Below, piece after piece: positions 1-9,303 of a stretch of DNA of 64,000 nt. The notes under the pieces are model-generated. The model did not search any database. It was given only the letters and a program-made list of their open reading frames with translations, and had not been told where the DNA came from. The stretch is from Klebsiella phage phiKp_32. Location: sequence record LC768500.1; one strand, given 5' to 3'. Made by a program: the position numbers and the translations under genes. Numbering within the stretch: position 1 is the first letter of the stretch; every line of letters starts with the position of its first letter.

Positions 1-1
1 C

Positions 2-1363
2 AACCAGATACTCCCCAATCCTGTAGAAGCATCATTTGCAGATGGTTTGGTTAATTTGGCGGATGCTTTGGGTGAGAGTAAAGCGGCGGGTAAGAGTCTC
101 ATCAGTAACGGCCGCGCATTGGAAGATTCAGAGTGGTTCCATAGGAAATTGCATATTGTGACTTCCGTGGTGACAGATCTGCATCATCAGACTGATTGCG
201 GGACAACCTTCACAGTACCGATTAAAATTCTTTCCAGGGATATGCTTTCTGCTATGAAGGGCAAGTATATCGTGGAAGAAGGCAAGTTGGTCTTATTAAC
301 CGATCAAACCATTAAACGTTACCATAAAGGCGATGTTCTTAATATGAGGTCGGTTAAAGGATGCCTCACTCACACTCCTGGATCTCCCTGTGGGGTGTGT
401 TACGGCAAGATGAAGGCCTCGATACCGTATAACGTCATCATGATGAAATCTGCGAATCCTGGCATGTATTCCGCCACGGCAATTGCAGAACGTATTGGCC
501 AGGCTCTTCTTTCGACCAAACACTTCATGAGACACACTCAAACTATTCCGTTCTTTGTTAAGCCAACAGATGCGGATGTGATCTCCTCTGATACGAATTA
601 CATTTTCTTGAATAAAGAAATGTGTCGTAAAGGAACTAAGGTCATATTGGATGGGTTGATCGGAAGCGAGCTTTCTGACTTCCGAAATCTGGAATCTCTG
701 GATGAGATCAATTTCGATCAATTGCGGACATTCCCTTCTGTTGCGTTTGAATATGAAACGGAAGACCCGATGACCGAAGGTATTGCGATCACACAACGTA
801 ATATCACCACGTCTGTATCCTCTCGTAGTGCAAGGATGTCAAGAGAGTTTATCGAGTACGCCATCTCTAAAGGGTGGGAGAAAGATAAAAAGTTGATTAC
901 GGTCGATCTGTCTGATTATCGTAGTGAGGATCCGTTGTTCTTCCTCCCTTATGTACATGAGGACCTGGATCAGTATCGTCGTCAAATCGAAGGATTTGTC
1001 TCTTTCTCCAATCGTAACAACGCTTGGAAGCAAAGGGAGATAACTCCTGAGATCTTCGGGGAAGTATTAGGCGAAATGTGGAGCTTAGTAAACCGTAAGT
1101 TTGCCGGGATCAACATTATTCACTCCGAAATTATCCTTTACTCCCTGTTAACGAGGGATCCGTTTAACGGATTGTATAGGATACCTAGAGGTGACGAGCC
1201 CCAGTATTTCTCCGCTTTCACGCATTGCATTAACAATCGAGGAATAGGGACCCTGGCGATTTACCAGAAGCAAAATCAGATACTCGAATCCCCTGAGACG
1301 TATGATATTAAAGAACGTCAAGGAGGCGCCTTTGAGTGTTATCTGGCTCCAGCCGTCCTATAG
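2..1363 (+). CDS. RNA polymerase beta-prime subunit, C-terminal fragment (5' partial, continues upstream of window)
   Basis: Frame is open from the window edge. HHQTDCGT matches the beta-prime EDDCGT motif after the bridge helix. GSPCGVCYGK matches the C-terminal zinc motif CxHCYGRD. SATAIAERIGQALLSTKHF resembles region G (IAAQSIGEPGTQLTMRTFH, trigger loop). All comparisons are by eye against E. coli RpoC. Confidence 0.55.
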   Translation, partial: NQILPNPVEASFADGLVNLADALGESKAAGKSLISNGRALEDSEWFHRKLHIVTSVVTDLHHQTDCGTTFTVPIKILSRDMLSAMKGKYIVEEGKLVLLTDQTIKRYHKGDVLNMRSVKGCLTHTPGSPCGVCYGKMKASIPYNVIMMKSANPGMYSATAIAERIGQALLSTKHFMRHTQTIPFFVKPTDADVISSDTNYIFLNKEMCRKGTKVILDGLIGSELSDFRNLESLDEINFDQLRTFPSVAFEYETEDPMTEGIAITQRNITTSVSSRSARMSREFIEYAISKGWEKDKKLITVDLSDYRSEDPLFFLPYVHEDLDQYRRQIEGFVSFSNRNNAWKQREITPEIFGEVLGEMWSLVNRKFAGINIIHSEIILYSLLTRDPFNGLYRIPRGDEPQYFSAFTHCINNRGIGTLAIYQKQNQILESPETYDIKERQGGAFECYLAPAVL

Positions 1364-1379
1364 ACAATAGGAGTTAACC

Positions 1380-2918
1380 GTGCGTAAGACGGTGGTCATT
1401 AACAAAGCGCACAATTACCTCAGAATAACGGATTATTCTGAGGAGTTTGTGAACAGAGTGATAATGCCGTTCTGTCGACGGTATCTTTATAAGTACGCCA
1501 AAAAACCTATCCCCGGAACAAGAAAAACTCAGAGTTACGTGAGTCATGTGTTCGCTCGTATGAATAATGACAAAACGGAATTCCGTATATCCGCGGGTCT
1601 TCTAAAAGAATTCCTGAGTTTTATGGAATATTGCGGGTACGCCCCCAACAGGGCGGAAATCCGAGATGTCCCTGAAATTATTCCGGCCAAGGTTGACTTT
1701 AAATGGAAGCCGCCTTTTGGTGAACTGAGGGAACACCAGGTGGATTGGTGTGAGTATCAGTTAGCGCCGGGTGGGTTAAAGGTCAATTCGGCTTTAATGG
1801 GTCAGGGTAAGAGTATTATGGCCACGCACACCATGCTTAATATGGGGGTGAGGACGCTGATAACTGCTCTTCCTAGATACATTCCGGTCTGGAGCAAATG
1901 TCTTTTCGAATACCTTGATCTGAAAATAGAAGATGTGATTTATGTCGAATCAGGTCAGATAGAGGAGATTGCTGAAAATATTCAGAATGGGATTATTAAC
2001 CCTAAAATCATTATCCTTCCGTTGACTAGGATCGACACGCACTACAAACGGATGAGGGAGGATGATGCTGTTCCTGACTTAGATGAACTCTATGCTAAGA
2101 TGGGAATCGGGCTGAGGATCATGGATGAAGGACATGAATCTGTTTATCAGGTTTATATGTCCATGCTCTACGGCAATTTCTCGAAGACCCTGGCACTGTC
2201 AGCAACCCTGAAAGCAGACGATGCTTTACAGAACCGTATCTATTCGTACATCTATCCTCAAAGCATTCGGTTAAAAGATGGCGTGGCGAAGAAATACATC
2301 GATGTTTACGCCTACCATCACTGGATTGACATTAGGAAGTTCAGAATTAACCCCAGAGGATTTGGGGGGTATAACCACGTGAAGTTCGAACAAGGGATTA
2401 TGAAGTCCCCTTACCTGCTCGGTAGGTATTACGAACTCTGTAAACAGGCGTTTGAAGAGTTTTATGTCAAAGACTTGTTACCCGAGCAAAAAGCCCTCTG
2501 GTTCTTTGCTACAGTAGAAATGTGTGTCAACATGTTGGAGTTCTTTAAAAGGGACTACCCGGAAATGGATTTCGGGAAATACACCAACGAGGAATCGTCT
2601 AAGGCAGATACCAAGGATAATTACCTCAAGCACCAAGTCTTGATTACCACTCCTCAGAGTTGCAGCACCGGTAAAGATATTGAGAAACTCTACGTGGCGT
2701 TTAGTCCCTATGCGGTTTCTTCTAAACAGCGTAACGCTCAGTCATTAGGGCGTTTAAGGGAAATAACAAAATGGTGGCCTGACCTTTCTCCTAAGTACGT
2801 TTACTTCGTTTGTCAGAACGTCGACAAGCAAGTTGACTACCACCGTAAACGAATGGAAGAGTTTGCGGATAAAGCGAAGAGCATCACCAATATCAATAGC
2901 GGGCATTCTATTCCTTAG
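1380..2918 (+). CDS. SF2 DExH-type helicase (DNA or RNA)
   Basis: GTG start with an AGGAG RBS 9 nt upstream. Walker A is GQGKS and Walker B is the DExH-type MDEGHE. Length 512 aa. Confidence 0.6.
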   Translation: MRKTVVINKAHNYLRITDYSEEFVNRVIMPFCRRYLYKYAKKPIPGTRKTQSYVSHVFARMNNDKTEFRISAGLLKEFLSFMEYCGYAPNRAEIRDVPEIIPAKVDFKWKPPFGELREHQVDWCEYQLAPGGLKVNSALMGQGKSIMATHTMLNMGVRTLITALPRYIPVWSKCLFEYLDLKIEDVIYVESGQIEEIAENIQNGIINPKIIILPLTRIDTHYKRMREDDAVPDLDELYAKMGIGLRIMDEGHESVYQVYMSMLYGNFSKTLALSATLKADDALQNRIYSYIYPQSIRLKDGVAKKYIDVYAYHHWIDIRKFRINPRGFGGYNHVKFEQGIMKSPYLLGRYYELCKQAFEEFYVKDLLPEQKALWFFATVEMCVNMLEFFKRDYPEMDFGKYTNEESSKADTKDNYLKHQVLITTPQSCSTGKDIEKLYVAFSPYAVSSKQRNAQSLGRLREITKWWPDLSPKYVYFVCQNVDKQVDYHRKRMEEFADKAKSITNINSGHSIP

Positions 2919-3010
2919 AATTTTTCAGTACTAAATTATTATTAGGTCAAGAGCTGGGGGTTTCCTCAGCTCCCACCTATTACGCGTTTACAAATTTAGG
3001 AGGAACGACT

Positions 3011-3460
3011 ATGCGTTCCGTCATGATCATAAGAGCAGGAAAGGAGATCGAACCCTTTGCATTGGAAGCCTTGATCGCGGGCATTTTGGACTACTCAGCA
3101 CATCAGAAACTCGAAGATGCGTACGAGATTATGGATTCTTTGTTATCCAATATTGTTACGGATAGTTTGGATGAACTTAATGACAAAATGCTCGAACCCA
3201 CCACTCGACCTCTTTCCTTATACGAGAAGGAAAAATACCAGCATTATTTGAACGAAAAGAAGAACGAACGTTATATTCGTTTCTTCCAATTACGTCAGCG
3301 TACTCTGAGCGCTTTCTCGACGTTTCTTGAAAACTTTAACGACCCCATCCTATCTATGTCTAAAGGTAATAATCTTTTACCCAAGTTGGAAGCCGAACGA
3401 AATAATATTTTGTTCGTCTCATTAGAGCAGAAGAAGAATGGAACCAAAACAAAACAATAG
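3011..3460 (+). CDS. hypothetical protein
   Basis: ATG follows the strong RBS TTTAGGAGGAACGACT. The same GAGGAACGACTATG context recurs at 20887. Confidence 0.45.
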   Translation: MRSVMIIRAGKEIEPFALEALIAGILDYSAHQKLEDAYEIMDSLLSNIVTDSLDELNDKMLEPTTRPLSLYEKEKYQHYLNEKKNERYIRFFQLRQRTLSAFSTFLENFNDPILSMSKGNNLLPKLEAERNNILFVSLEQKKNGTKTKQ

Positions 3461-3836
3461 CCTGATTTCGGTATTGCGATCTCGCTCCAATTATTCTGAG
3501 GAAGGAGGCTTGGTAGCTGGAGAATATCTGGCGGATTATTTTGAAAACGCCATTATTCAAGAGCATATGGATTTGGGTTATTTAAGAAACATGTGTTATG
3601 AACAGGCGTTAATGGGCAGTCGGTCATTAACAAAACCTGGGTGGATGCATCCAGCCCTCTCTTACGACGCAAGTGACGTCTGCGACGATTTATTTACAGA
3701 AGCGATGGAAATACTCGCTGAAGTTAATAATGACGTCACAGAGGCTCTGAATTGCATTAATTCCATTTCCTTTAAACGTACTTCCCGGCTCCTCTTTAGT
3801 ACCGGAAGTGTAATTATGATAAAAACCCAATGGTAA
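3438..3836 (+). CDS. hypothetical protein
   Basis: ORF overlaps the upstream gene by 23 nt. RBS is weak. Confidence 0.3.
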   Translation: MEPKQNNSLISVLRSRSNYSEEGGLVAGEYLADYFENAIIQEHMDLGYLRNMCYEQALMGSRSLTKPGWMHPALSYDASDVCDDLFTEAMEILAEVNNDVTEALNCINSISFKRTSRLLFSTGSVIMIKTQW

Positions 3837-4201
3837 ACAGAATAAGAAGTTTGGTTAGGGTCAGTGTCCCAGCAGACATCCCCTGGGCTTCTGATTCGAG
3901 GTTGTACCACGCCAGCGCACTTTTCTTTGAACGCTGGATTTACTATGGTGATTTCTCTCCTGAAGCTTACGACGAACTCTTTATCGATGTCGAATCTTTA
4001 TTTGAGAAACCACCGAAATTAGATGTCAATGAGATGTTTGATGAATGTTTACTCTTAGTGGAAAATATTCGTAATGACGAACTTAACAGTGAAGTGAAAC
4101 ATCTTATTGAGAGCAGTCGTTTTAAGGTATCGGTTGAGGGCACGAAGCTCATCAATTGGGATCATCAACGCTTTTTAATCTTAGTGGAAACTTTAACATG
4201 A
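3830..4201 (+). CDS. hypothetical protein
   Basis: ATGGTAA start/stop overlap with the upstream ORF. Confidence 0.35.
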   Translation: MVNRIRSLVRVSVPADIPWASDSRLYHASALFFERWIYYGDFSPEAYDELFIDVESLFEKPPKLDVNEMFDECLLLVENIRNDELNSEVKHLIESSRFKVSVEGTKLINWDHQRFLILVETLT

Positions 4202-4647
4202 GTAGAAAATCTATTGTATTACGTCTTCCGGCTTCAACTGTTGCCGACCTCAAGGAGTTTGACGAAGAAGCGCAACTTCTTATTCTCACAGCCTGCCTCT
4301 CACTCGCCAAACGACCCACTCAGGAACTCGTTAAGGAAGACGAAGACACCGATCCTCGCTCCATCATCTCCAAAGAGGTCGATGATATTCTCGACACCAT
4401 CGACGATAACTTCGAAGAGGTTGACGACGACGAGGATGATGAATCGGCAGAAGCCCGTAAGGATGAACAACGTACGGTGATTCATCAGCAAATGGCTGAC
4501 TTCATCGAAGAGTTTGTTGGGTTGCTGACCGACCCTCAAAGTGAAAACTGCGGCGTATTGGCGGCCATCGCGCTGGAAGAACTCGACACCCCTATCAGCT
4601 GGGCTGCTGATGACAAAACCGGCCTGACCACCATTGTATACGGCTGA
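4198..4647 (+). CDS. highly acidic small protein (D/E-rich, DNA-mimic candidate)
   Basis: ATGA overlap with the upstream stop. The central region is a D/E run: EDEDTDPRS...EEVDDDEDDESAEARKDEQ. It is followed by terminator 4652..4701. Confidence 0.45.
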   Translation: MSRKSIVLRLPASTVADLKEFDEEAQLLILTACLSLAKRPTQELVKEDEDTDPRSIISKEVDDILDTIDDNFEEVDDDEDDESAEARKDEQRTVIHQQMADFIEEFVGLLTDPQSENCGVLAAIALEELDTPISWAADDKTGLTTIVYG

Positions 4648-4651
4648 CAGT

Positions 4652-4701
4652 AATCCTCCTACCCCAATGGGGTAGGAGGATTAGCTTATTTATTTTTTTT
4701 T
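4652..4701 (+). terminator. rho-independent terminator (CCTACCCC/GGGGTAGG stem family)
   Basis: 14-bp perfect stem AATCCTCCTACCCC-AATG-GGGTAGGAGGATT, followed by TTATTTATTTTTTTTT. Confidence 0.7.
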
Positions 4702-5994
4702 CTAGAAAAGTGAATCGTAAAGATTGAGCACCGTTGTTTCTACTTTAGAAACGTGGGCGTTTTTCATCTTAGTTAACATAAACCGAGTTGGTATGTTAAC
4801 GACCTCACTACTTAAACGGTTGGCCGATTTACCCAAAGAAACCCCACAACAAACCTTGCAATGGTTATCTTCTTTTGTCTGACACAGATAAGGAACACGC
4901 ATCTTAACCGTACTACCTATCATTTCGGTCTCAGTGCCCTCCAGAACGGTCGGTTTCCCATTCTTAAGGTAATAACCGCCCTTCCAGTTCTTGAGACTGT
5001 AAGGGTCGATATAGACGTCTTCCGTATAGGCCGTCCCACAATCATCTTCGGCCACGATAATTCGTGAGGTTAAGCGCATCAGTTCTTTAACCCCTGCACC
5101 ACCTTCACCTGTCGCTTTACCACGGTCATAAGACGCGGAAACTGCGGTATTGATGTAGTGGGTGATTTGATCGTAATTCCAAATCTCATTAAGAGGTTGT
5201 TTTATCAGAATAAACTCACCCGTGTTAAAGTCCCTTTCCAGACCAAAGACCAGGAACATTTTCTTACGGGCGTTATCGATAAATTTCTTATCGATGAAGA
5301 AGTCAGAAGAAGCGCCGTTCAATTGCTCTTCCATGTCGAGGTCTACGATCTGTTTGATGATGTTCGCTGCGACAATGGGGTCGTTTAACTCATGGGCGTG
5401 TTCTTTAAACAATCTCTCCCTTAATGCGATGACCGCTTTACTTACGGTAACCGCCTGAATACTCCCGGCTTTAGTAAAGATATCATTTAAGCCCATCAGA
5501 TAGTTGGCTTGTTTAGTAAGCTTAAGACATTCGGTCACGCTTGCTTTACCAGCTGGTATCTCTTCACCCGGCTGAGGGTCGTCTACCATTAATTCGGCGA
5601 TGACGTCTTCCACTAATCTACCGGTTATGAGTTTATTGTGATACGGAGTCCGGTTTTGGAATACTTCCCAGAAAAGACATCTGTTAAGCAACAAGATCCC
5701 CATTGTGGTGGTAATGCTCCCCTCAATACTCGGATGCCATTTATTATCTATCACCAACTTTTCGTGTTTATAGAAAAGAGGGTACGCGAGATCCCCTTCT
5801 ATTTCTATCGTGTCCCCATCGTCGTTATAACACCAAAGTCCGTTGGGACTGCGATGAAGGAACCAGGGAGTTTTACCTAACAGAGTCTCGTTTTTTTCAT
5901 TATCAGTAAGAACGGAGAAGGTGCTCAGTATCCAGAGTTTCTTTTGATACATACGCCTTTCAAAACACTGGAAGAGGTAATCGATCTTATTCAT
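4702..5994 (-). CDS. RNA polymerase beta-prime fragment (catalytic-loop region to bridge helix, ending at start of trigger-loop region)
   Basis: DRGKATGEGGAGVKELMRLTSRIIVAEDDCGT matches the E. coli beta-prime bridge-helix motif [46 protein letters not shown] matches the C-terminal zinc motif. NDDGD lies about 260 aa upstream where NADFDGD is expected. The ORF stops right after the CxxC motif, so the trigger loop and C-terminus must be encoded elsewhere. Confidence 0.6.
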   Translation of the reverse strand: MNKIDYLFQCFERRMYQKKLWILSTFSVLTDNEKNETLLGKTPWFLHRSPNGLWCYNDDGDTIEIEGDLAYPLFYKHEKLVIDNKWHPSIEGSITTTMGILLLNRCLFWEVFQNRTPYHNKLITGRLVEDVIAELMVDDPQPGEEIPAGKASVTECLKLTKQANYLMGLNDIFTKAGSIQAVTVSKAVIALRERLFKEHAHELNDPIVAANIIKQIVDLDMEEQLNGASSDFFIDKKFIDNARKKMFLVFGLERDFNTGEFILIKQPLNEIWNYDQITHYINTAVSASYDRGKATGEGGAGVKELMRLTSRIIVAEDDCGTAYTEDVYIDPYSLKNWKGGYYLKNGKPTVLEGTETEMIGSTVKMRVPYLCQTKEDNHCKVCCGVSLGKSANRLSSEVVNIPTRFMLTKMKNAHVSKVETTVLNLYDSLF

Positions 5995-6871
5995 TGGTTA
6001 ACCCCAGTTTTTTCACTAATCCGTCAGCGTAGTACAGGCTTTCCACATCAGAGAAATCTTCTCCTAAGCGAGCAGAGAGTTTATCGAGGAAACTCTCGTT
6101 GGTAATCCCGCTGCACAGCATCAAACAAATGATCTCTTTAATGTATTTTTTAGGCTCGTTTTCTTTCATCTCGTTGAGGCGGTCAAGATAATATTTATAA
6201 ATGACCAACCACCCGATTCCTAATTTGCCTGCGCTAACTACGTGTTCCCACGCCAACGTTCCGCGTAAGAATTCTTTATTGCCCCTGACTCGGTCGCTGA
6301 CGTATTGAGGGACTTCAACGTCAGCATCAGGGTTAATCAACGACGTCCTTAAAACTTCTAACAGATGTTCAGAGACGTCAGAGATAATCATTTCGTACAG
6401 GCTGGTGTTCTCCAGATCAAGGAGCTTTTCGATCACCACTATAAAACGATCTTTTGTTTCTAAGTCGGTCGCTTCCAAAATAACACTCAGGGACAGAAGG
6501 TCCTCGTAACCATCAAGAATATAGGCGACGTCGATAATATTAGTAAGCAAGGGAAGATGATCTATGGTGATCTGATCTTTATCAATCTCAACGCCAAGTT
6601 CTGTGATGATTTGAATACTATTAGCGATGAGGATATCCCTTATAGCGTTAGTCTGTTCAATGACAGTCATTCCTTCATCAATGAGTATTTCCAGGATTTG
6701 ACTTTGTACGGTTGTTTCTTCCTGACTAATCGCAATTAAATTATACGCTTTATCGAATGTATTGAAATTAAATTCGGTAATAGATTTAGCAAAGGCCAAC
6801 CAGGTTTCTCCTAACTCAGATGTCAGGATACTGGCTTCAGTGAGGTCTATTGCTCGTTTTTCAAAAATCAT
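5987..6871 (-). CDS. hypothetical protein, translationally coupled to downstream beta-prime fragment (possible RNAP-associated subunit)
   Basis: ATGAATAA start/stop overlap with 4702..5994. No motif was recognised. Confidence 0.4.
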   Translation of the reverse strand: MIFEKRAIDLTEASILTSELGETWLAFAKSITEFNFNTFDKAYNLIAISQEETTVQSQILEILIDEGMTVIEQTNAIRDILIANSIQIITELGVEIDKDQITIDHLPLLTNIIDVAYILDGYEDLLSLSVILEATDLETKDRFIVVIEKLLDLENTSLYEMIISDVSEHLLEVLRTSLINPDADVEVPQYVSDRVRGNKEFLRGTLAWEHVVSAGKLGIGWLVIYKYYLDRLNEMKENEPKKYIKEIICLMLCSGITNESFLDKLSARLGEDFSDVESLYYADGLVKKLGLTNE

Positions 6872-6915
6872 GGTTTAACCCCTGCTAAAGGTCGTGGGTA
6901 ATAGGAGACATAAAA

Positions 6916-7622
6916 TGCGTAGTAGCCAGCAGAAAGCCAAGGCTAGTCAAAAGAAAGCGATCAAAAATACTCACCGCAAGAAAAACTGCAGCGGAAAGAA
7001 GATCGTTTTAACTAAGAAACAGAAAGAAAGAAAAATGATTGAAACAGTCACTGCTATGGCGAAAGCCGGGGATGTCTCCAGCGTTCAATTACTGGCTGCC
7101 GCCAGCGCCAAAGATAAGAGCGTTAAATCGGGAGAGCTTAAGACCAAGCAGCTTATCGAGTTGGTGGATGAAAATATTCAACAACTCATTATTTCCCACG
7201 CCCTTGTGGAAGGTGTTGCTGAATGTTTACACGAAGGGCTTATCGAAGATCCTGATAACGCCATCTCTGATAAAGTCAAAGAATGCGACGAATTGACTGT
7301 GCGTTGGATGGAAGACGCTAATGCTGTTATTGCGCTCAGCCACACCGAACTCATTCCGGAAGATTACGTCGATATGGCCATTAGCTTTATGGCCAGCACT
7401 ATCGGTATCATGTCCGATAGCTACCCTCGACTCATCGAATTAACCGAAGACATGAAATCGGTCATTAATAAGAAAATGGCTGAGATCATCGATGCGGTGA
7501 AAGCCGACTATCCGGAATCTACTGAATTCGAACAGGTCTCCAAAATTCACCAGAAACGGATGATGGAAATCATGCCGCTTTACGGGACCCCAGCGCCTGT
7601 AGAAGAAACTGAAACCGTTTAA
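6916..7622 (+). CDS. hypothetical protein with about 45-aa K/R-rich N-terminal tail and acidic body
   Basis: ATG at 6916 has an AGGAG RBS 8 nt upstream; this is preferred over the upstream GTG at 6894. N-terminus is SSQQKAKASQKKAIKNTHRKKNCSGKKIVLTKKQKERK. Confidence 0.45.
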
Positions 7623-7639
7623 TCATAGGACCGATATTT

Positions 7640-9256
7640 ATGTCTGAAGAAAACAACATTCCGGCCCAAGGGACGGCGCACGACAAGAACAACCACACGA
7701 TGAGTCAGTTCCAGGAACCCAAAGATCTCAAGTTGGGGGTGTTCGATCCAAAAGAAGATAATAATTTCATTAAGGTCTTCTTAGGCGTTGACTCAGAAGA
7801 GTACAAGAAACTCTCCGGCCTTATCTCAAGGTGGTTGGAGTACAACTTTACTCTGAACGAACCCAACGCCAAACCGGCCCAGATCAACGCGGTTAAAGAC
7901 AAATACTTCGGGTATCTCAAGGAACAGTACCCGAACAAAACAGAAGAAGAGGTTAACGAGCTGGCGCAGTCGTACTACAGCTTCGCAACCAACTTCACTG
8001 AAAATCTGTACCGCCGGAATGAAACCGTTAATGGGGCGAAAACGACTAACGTCTCTTTAAAAGCCCAGGGTATCGTCGAGGGAGACATCGTTGGCCGTGC
8101 GCCAGGGTTGGGTAAAAAGCTCCCTATGCGCGATATGATGCGCCGCCATTTCCGTCGCACCACTAACGAAGCAGAAAACTTCGACGTTCTCCTGCGTAAC
8201 TCATTTATTCAGTTACGTATTTCTCGCCCAACCATTCTGGAACTGGGGCGTCTGCTGGAAGACATTCAGCTCGAAGTGAAAAACTACGTTCGTCAGGTTA
8301 ACGGTAACTCATTGACTCTCGCTCGTGTTTCTATTGCGCGGGTTATTTGGAAATTCGTTTCTGATCGTATCGTATCCTGCTCCGTCAAAGATACCGACGA
8401 TTATTACGATCTCGCTAACAACATCCTTTGGAGTGACTTCGGCGCGCTCTGTATCTCGTTACTTTCCGCTTCGTCTTCTAAGGGTGTGAATCTTCAACTC
8501 GAGTGTCTCGCAAACAACTGCGACTGGGAAGAGTATCAAGTCGTAGATCCTTCTCTCTTGCTTCGTCCTATTCCTGAGAATCTTTCAGAAGAGCAGTCTA
8601 TCGCTCTGGGTAATATCGTTAACGGGGTTCAGCGTTATTCCCGTGAAGAGATTACTAAGCTTCAGAATAAGACCAAGTACGATTTCGATACCAAATTGAT
8701 GTTCGACGAAGGCCGGCAGTATTTCGAAATCGCTCCTCCAACGCTGTCTGTTGCGTTTGAAACCTTCGACATGTTCGTCGATAAAGTCATCCCTTCGATT
8801 CAGCAATTGCGCGCTAACACCATCAACGATCAGGAGTATGCCGTTGCTCTGGCTAACCTTATCCAGAGTATCGCCGGTAGCGAATACGCCCATTGGGTTA
8901 AATCCTACGTGATTAACCCGGAGAGCGGCACAGACGGCGCGCCTACTAAGTATGATCGTTTAGGCGAAGGTGGGTCTCGTGAGTTTAATGAAGGTCTCTT
9001 TGATATCCTCGATAGCGATGTTGAACTTTCCCAAGAACTCATCAAAAAGATCAACCGTATCGGTCCATCGATGACACTCACCATCATCGGGGTGCCGAAC
9101 TATCATTGCCCTCGTTGCGCGAAATCAAGTTCTGAAAGCGGTATCACTTATAAAGGTATCACCCCTATTGACCCGCTTATGGCTTTTTTTACCCTAACCC
9201 AGTTGATGTTTATGGATCGGGTGGTGAATCTAAGCGGTCTCGACGCAACCCCTTAG
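7640..9256 (+). CDS. hypothetical protein (538 aa)
   Basis: Long ORF with moderately host-like codons. No recognisable motif. Confidence 0.45.
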   Translation: MSEENNIPAQGTAHDKNNHTMSQFQEPKDLKLGVFDPKEDNNFIKVFLGVDSEEYKKLSGLISRWLEYNFTLNEPNAKPAQINAVKDKYFGYLKEQYPNKTEEEVNELAQSYYSFATNFTENLYRRNETVNGAKTTNVSLKAQGIVEGDIVGRAPGLGKKLPMRDMMRRHFRRTTNEAENFDVLLRNSFIQLRISRPTILELGRLLEDIQLEVKNYVRQVNGNSLTLARVSIARVIWKFVSDRIVSCSVKDTDDYYDLANNILWSDFGALCISLLSASSSKGVNLQLECLANNCDWEEYQVVDPSLLLRPIPENLSEEQSIALGNIVNGVQRYSREEITKLQNKTKYDFDTKLMFDEGRQYFEIAPPTLSVAFETFDMFVDKVIPSIQQLRANTINDQEYAVALANLIQSIAGSEYAHWVKSYVINPESGTDGAPTKYDRLGEGGSREFNEGLFDILDSDVELSQELIKKINRIGPSMTLTIIGVPNYHCPRCAKSSSESGITYKGITPIDPLMAFFTLTQLMFMDRVVNLSGLDATP

Positions 9257-9303
9257 AGCTAACTACCTTTACTAACTCGCCTGATTATCTGCAGGCGAGT
9301 AAA

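Noticed and set aside
296-796. 166-aa minus-strand ORF inside the beta-prime fragment gene
   Set aside because: It is antisense to a gene with clear conserved motifs. No RBS.
4214-4480. 88-aa ORF in an alternative frame within the acidic protein gene
   Set aside because: It is an overlapping out-of-frame ORF. The same DNA encodes the acidic protein in the correct frame, with translational coupling to upstream genes.
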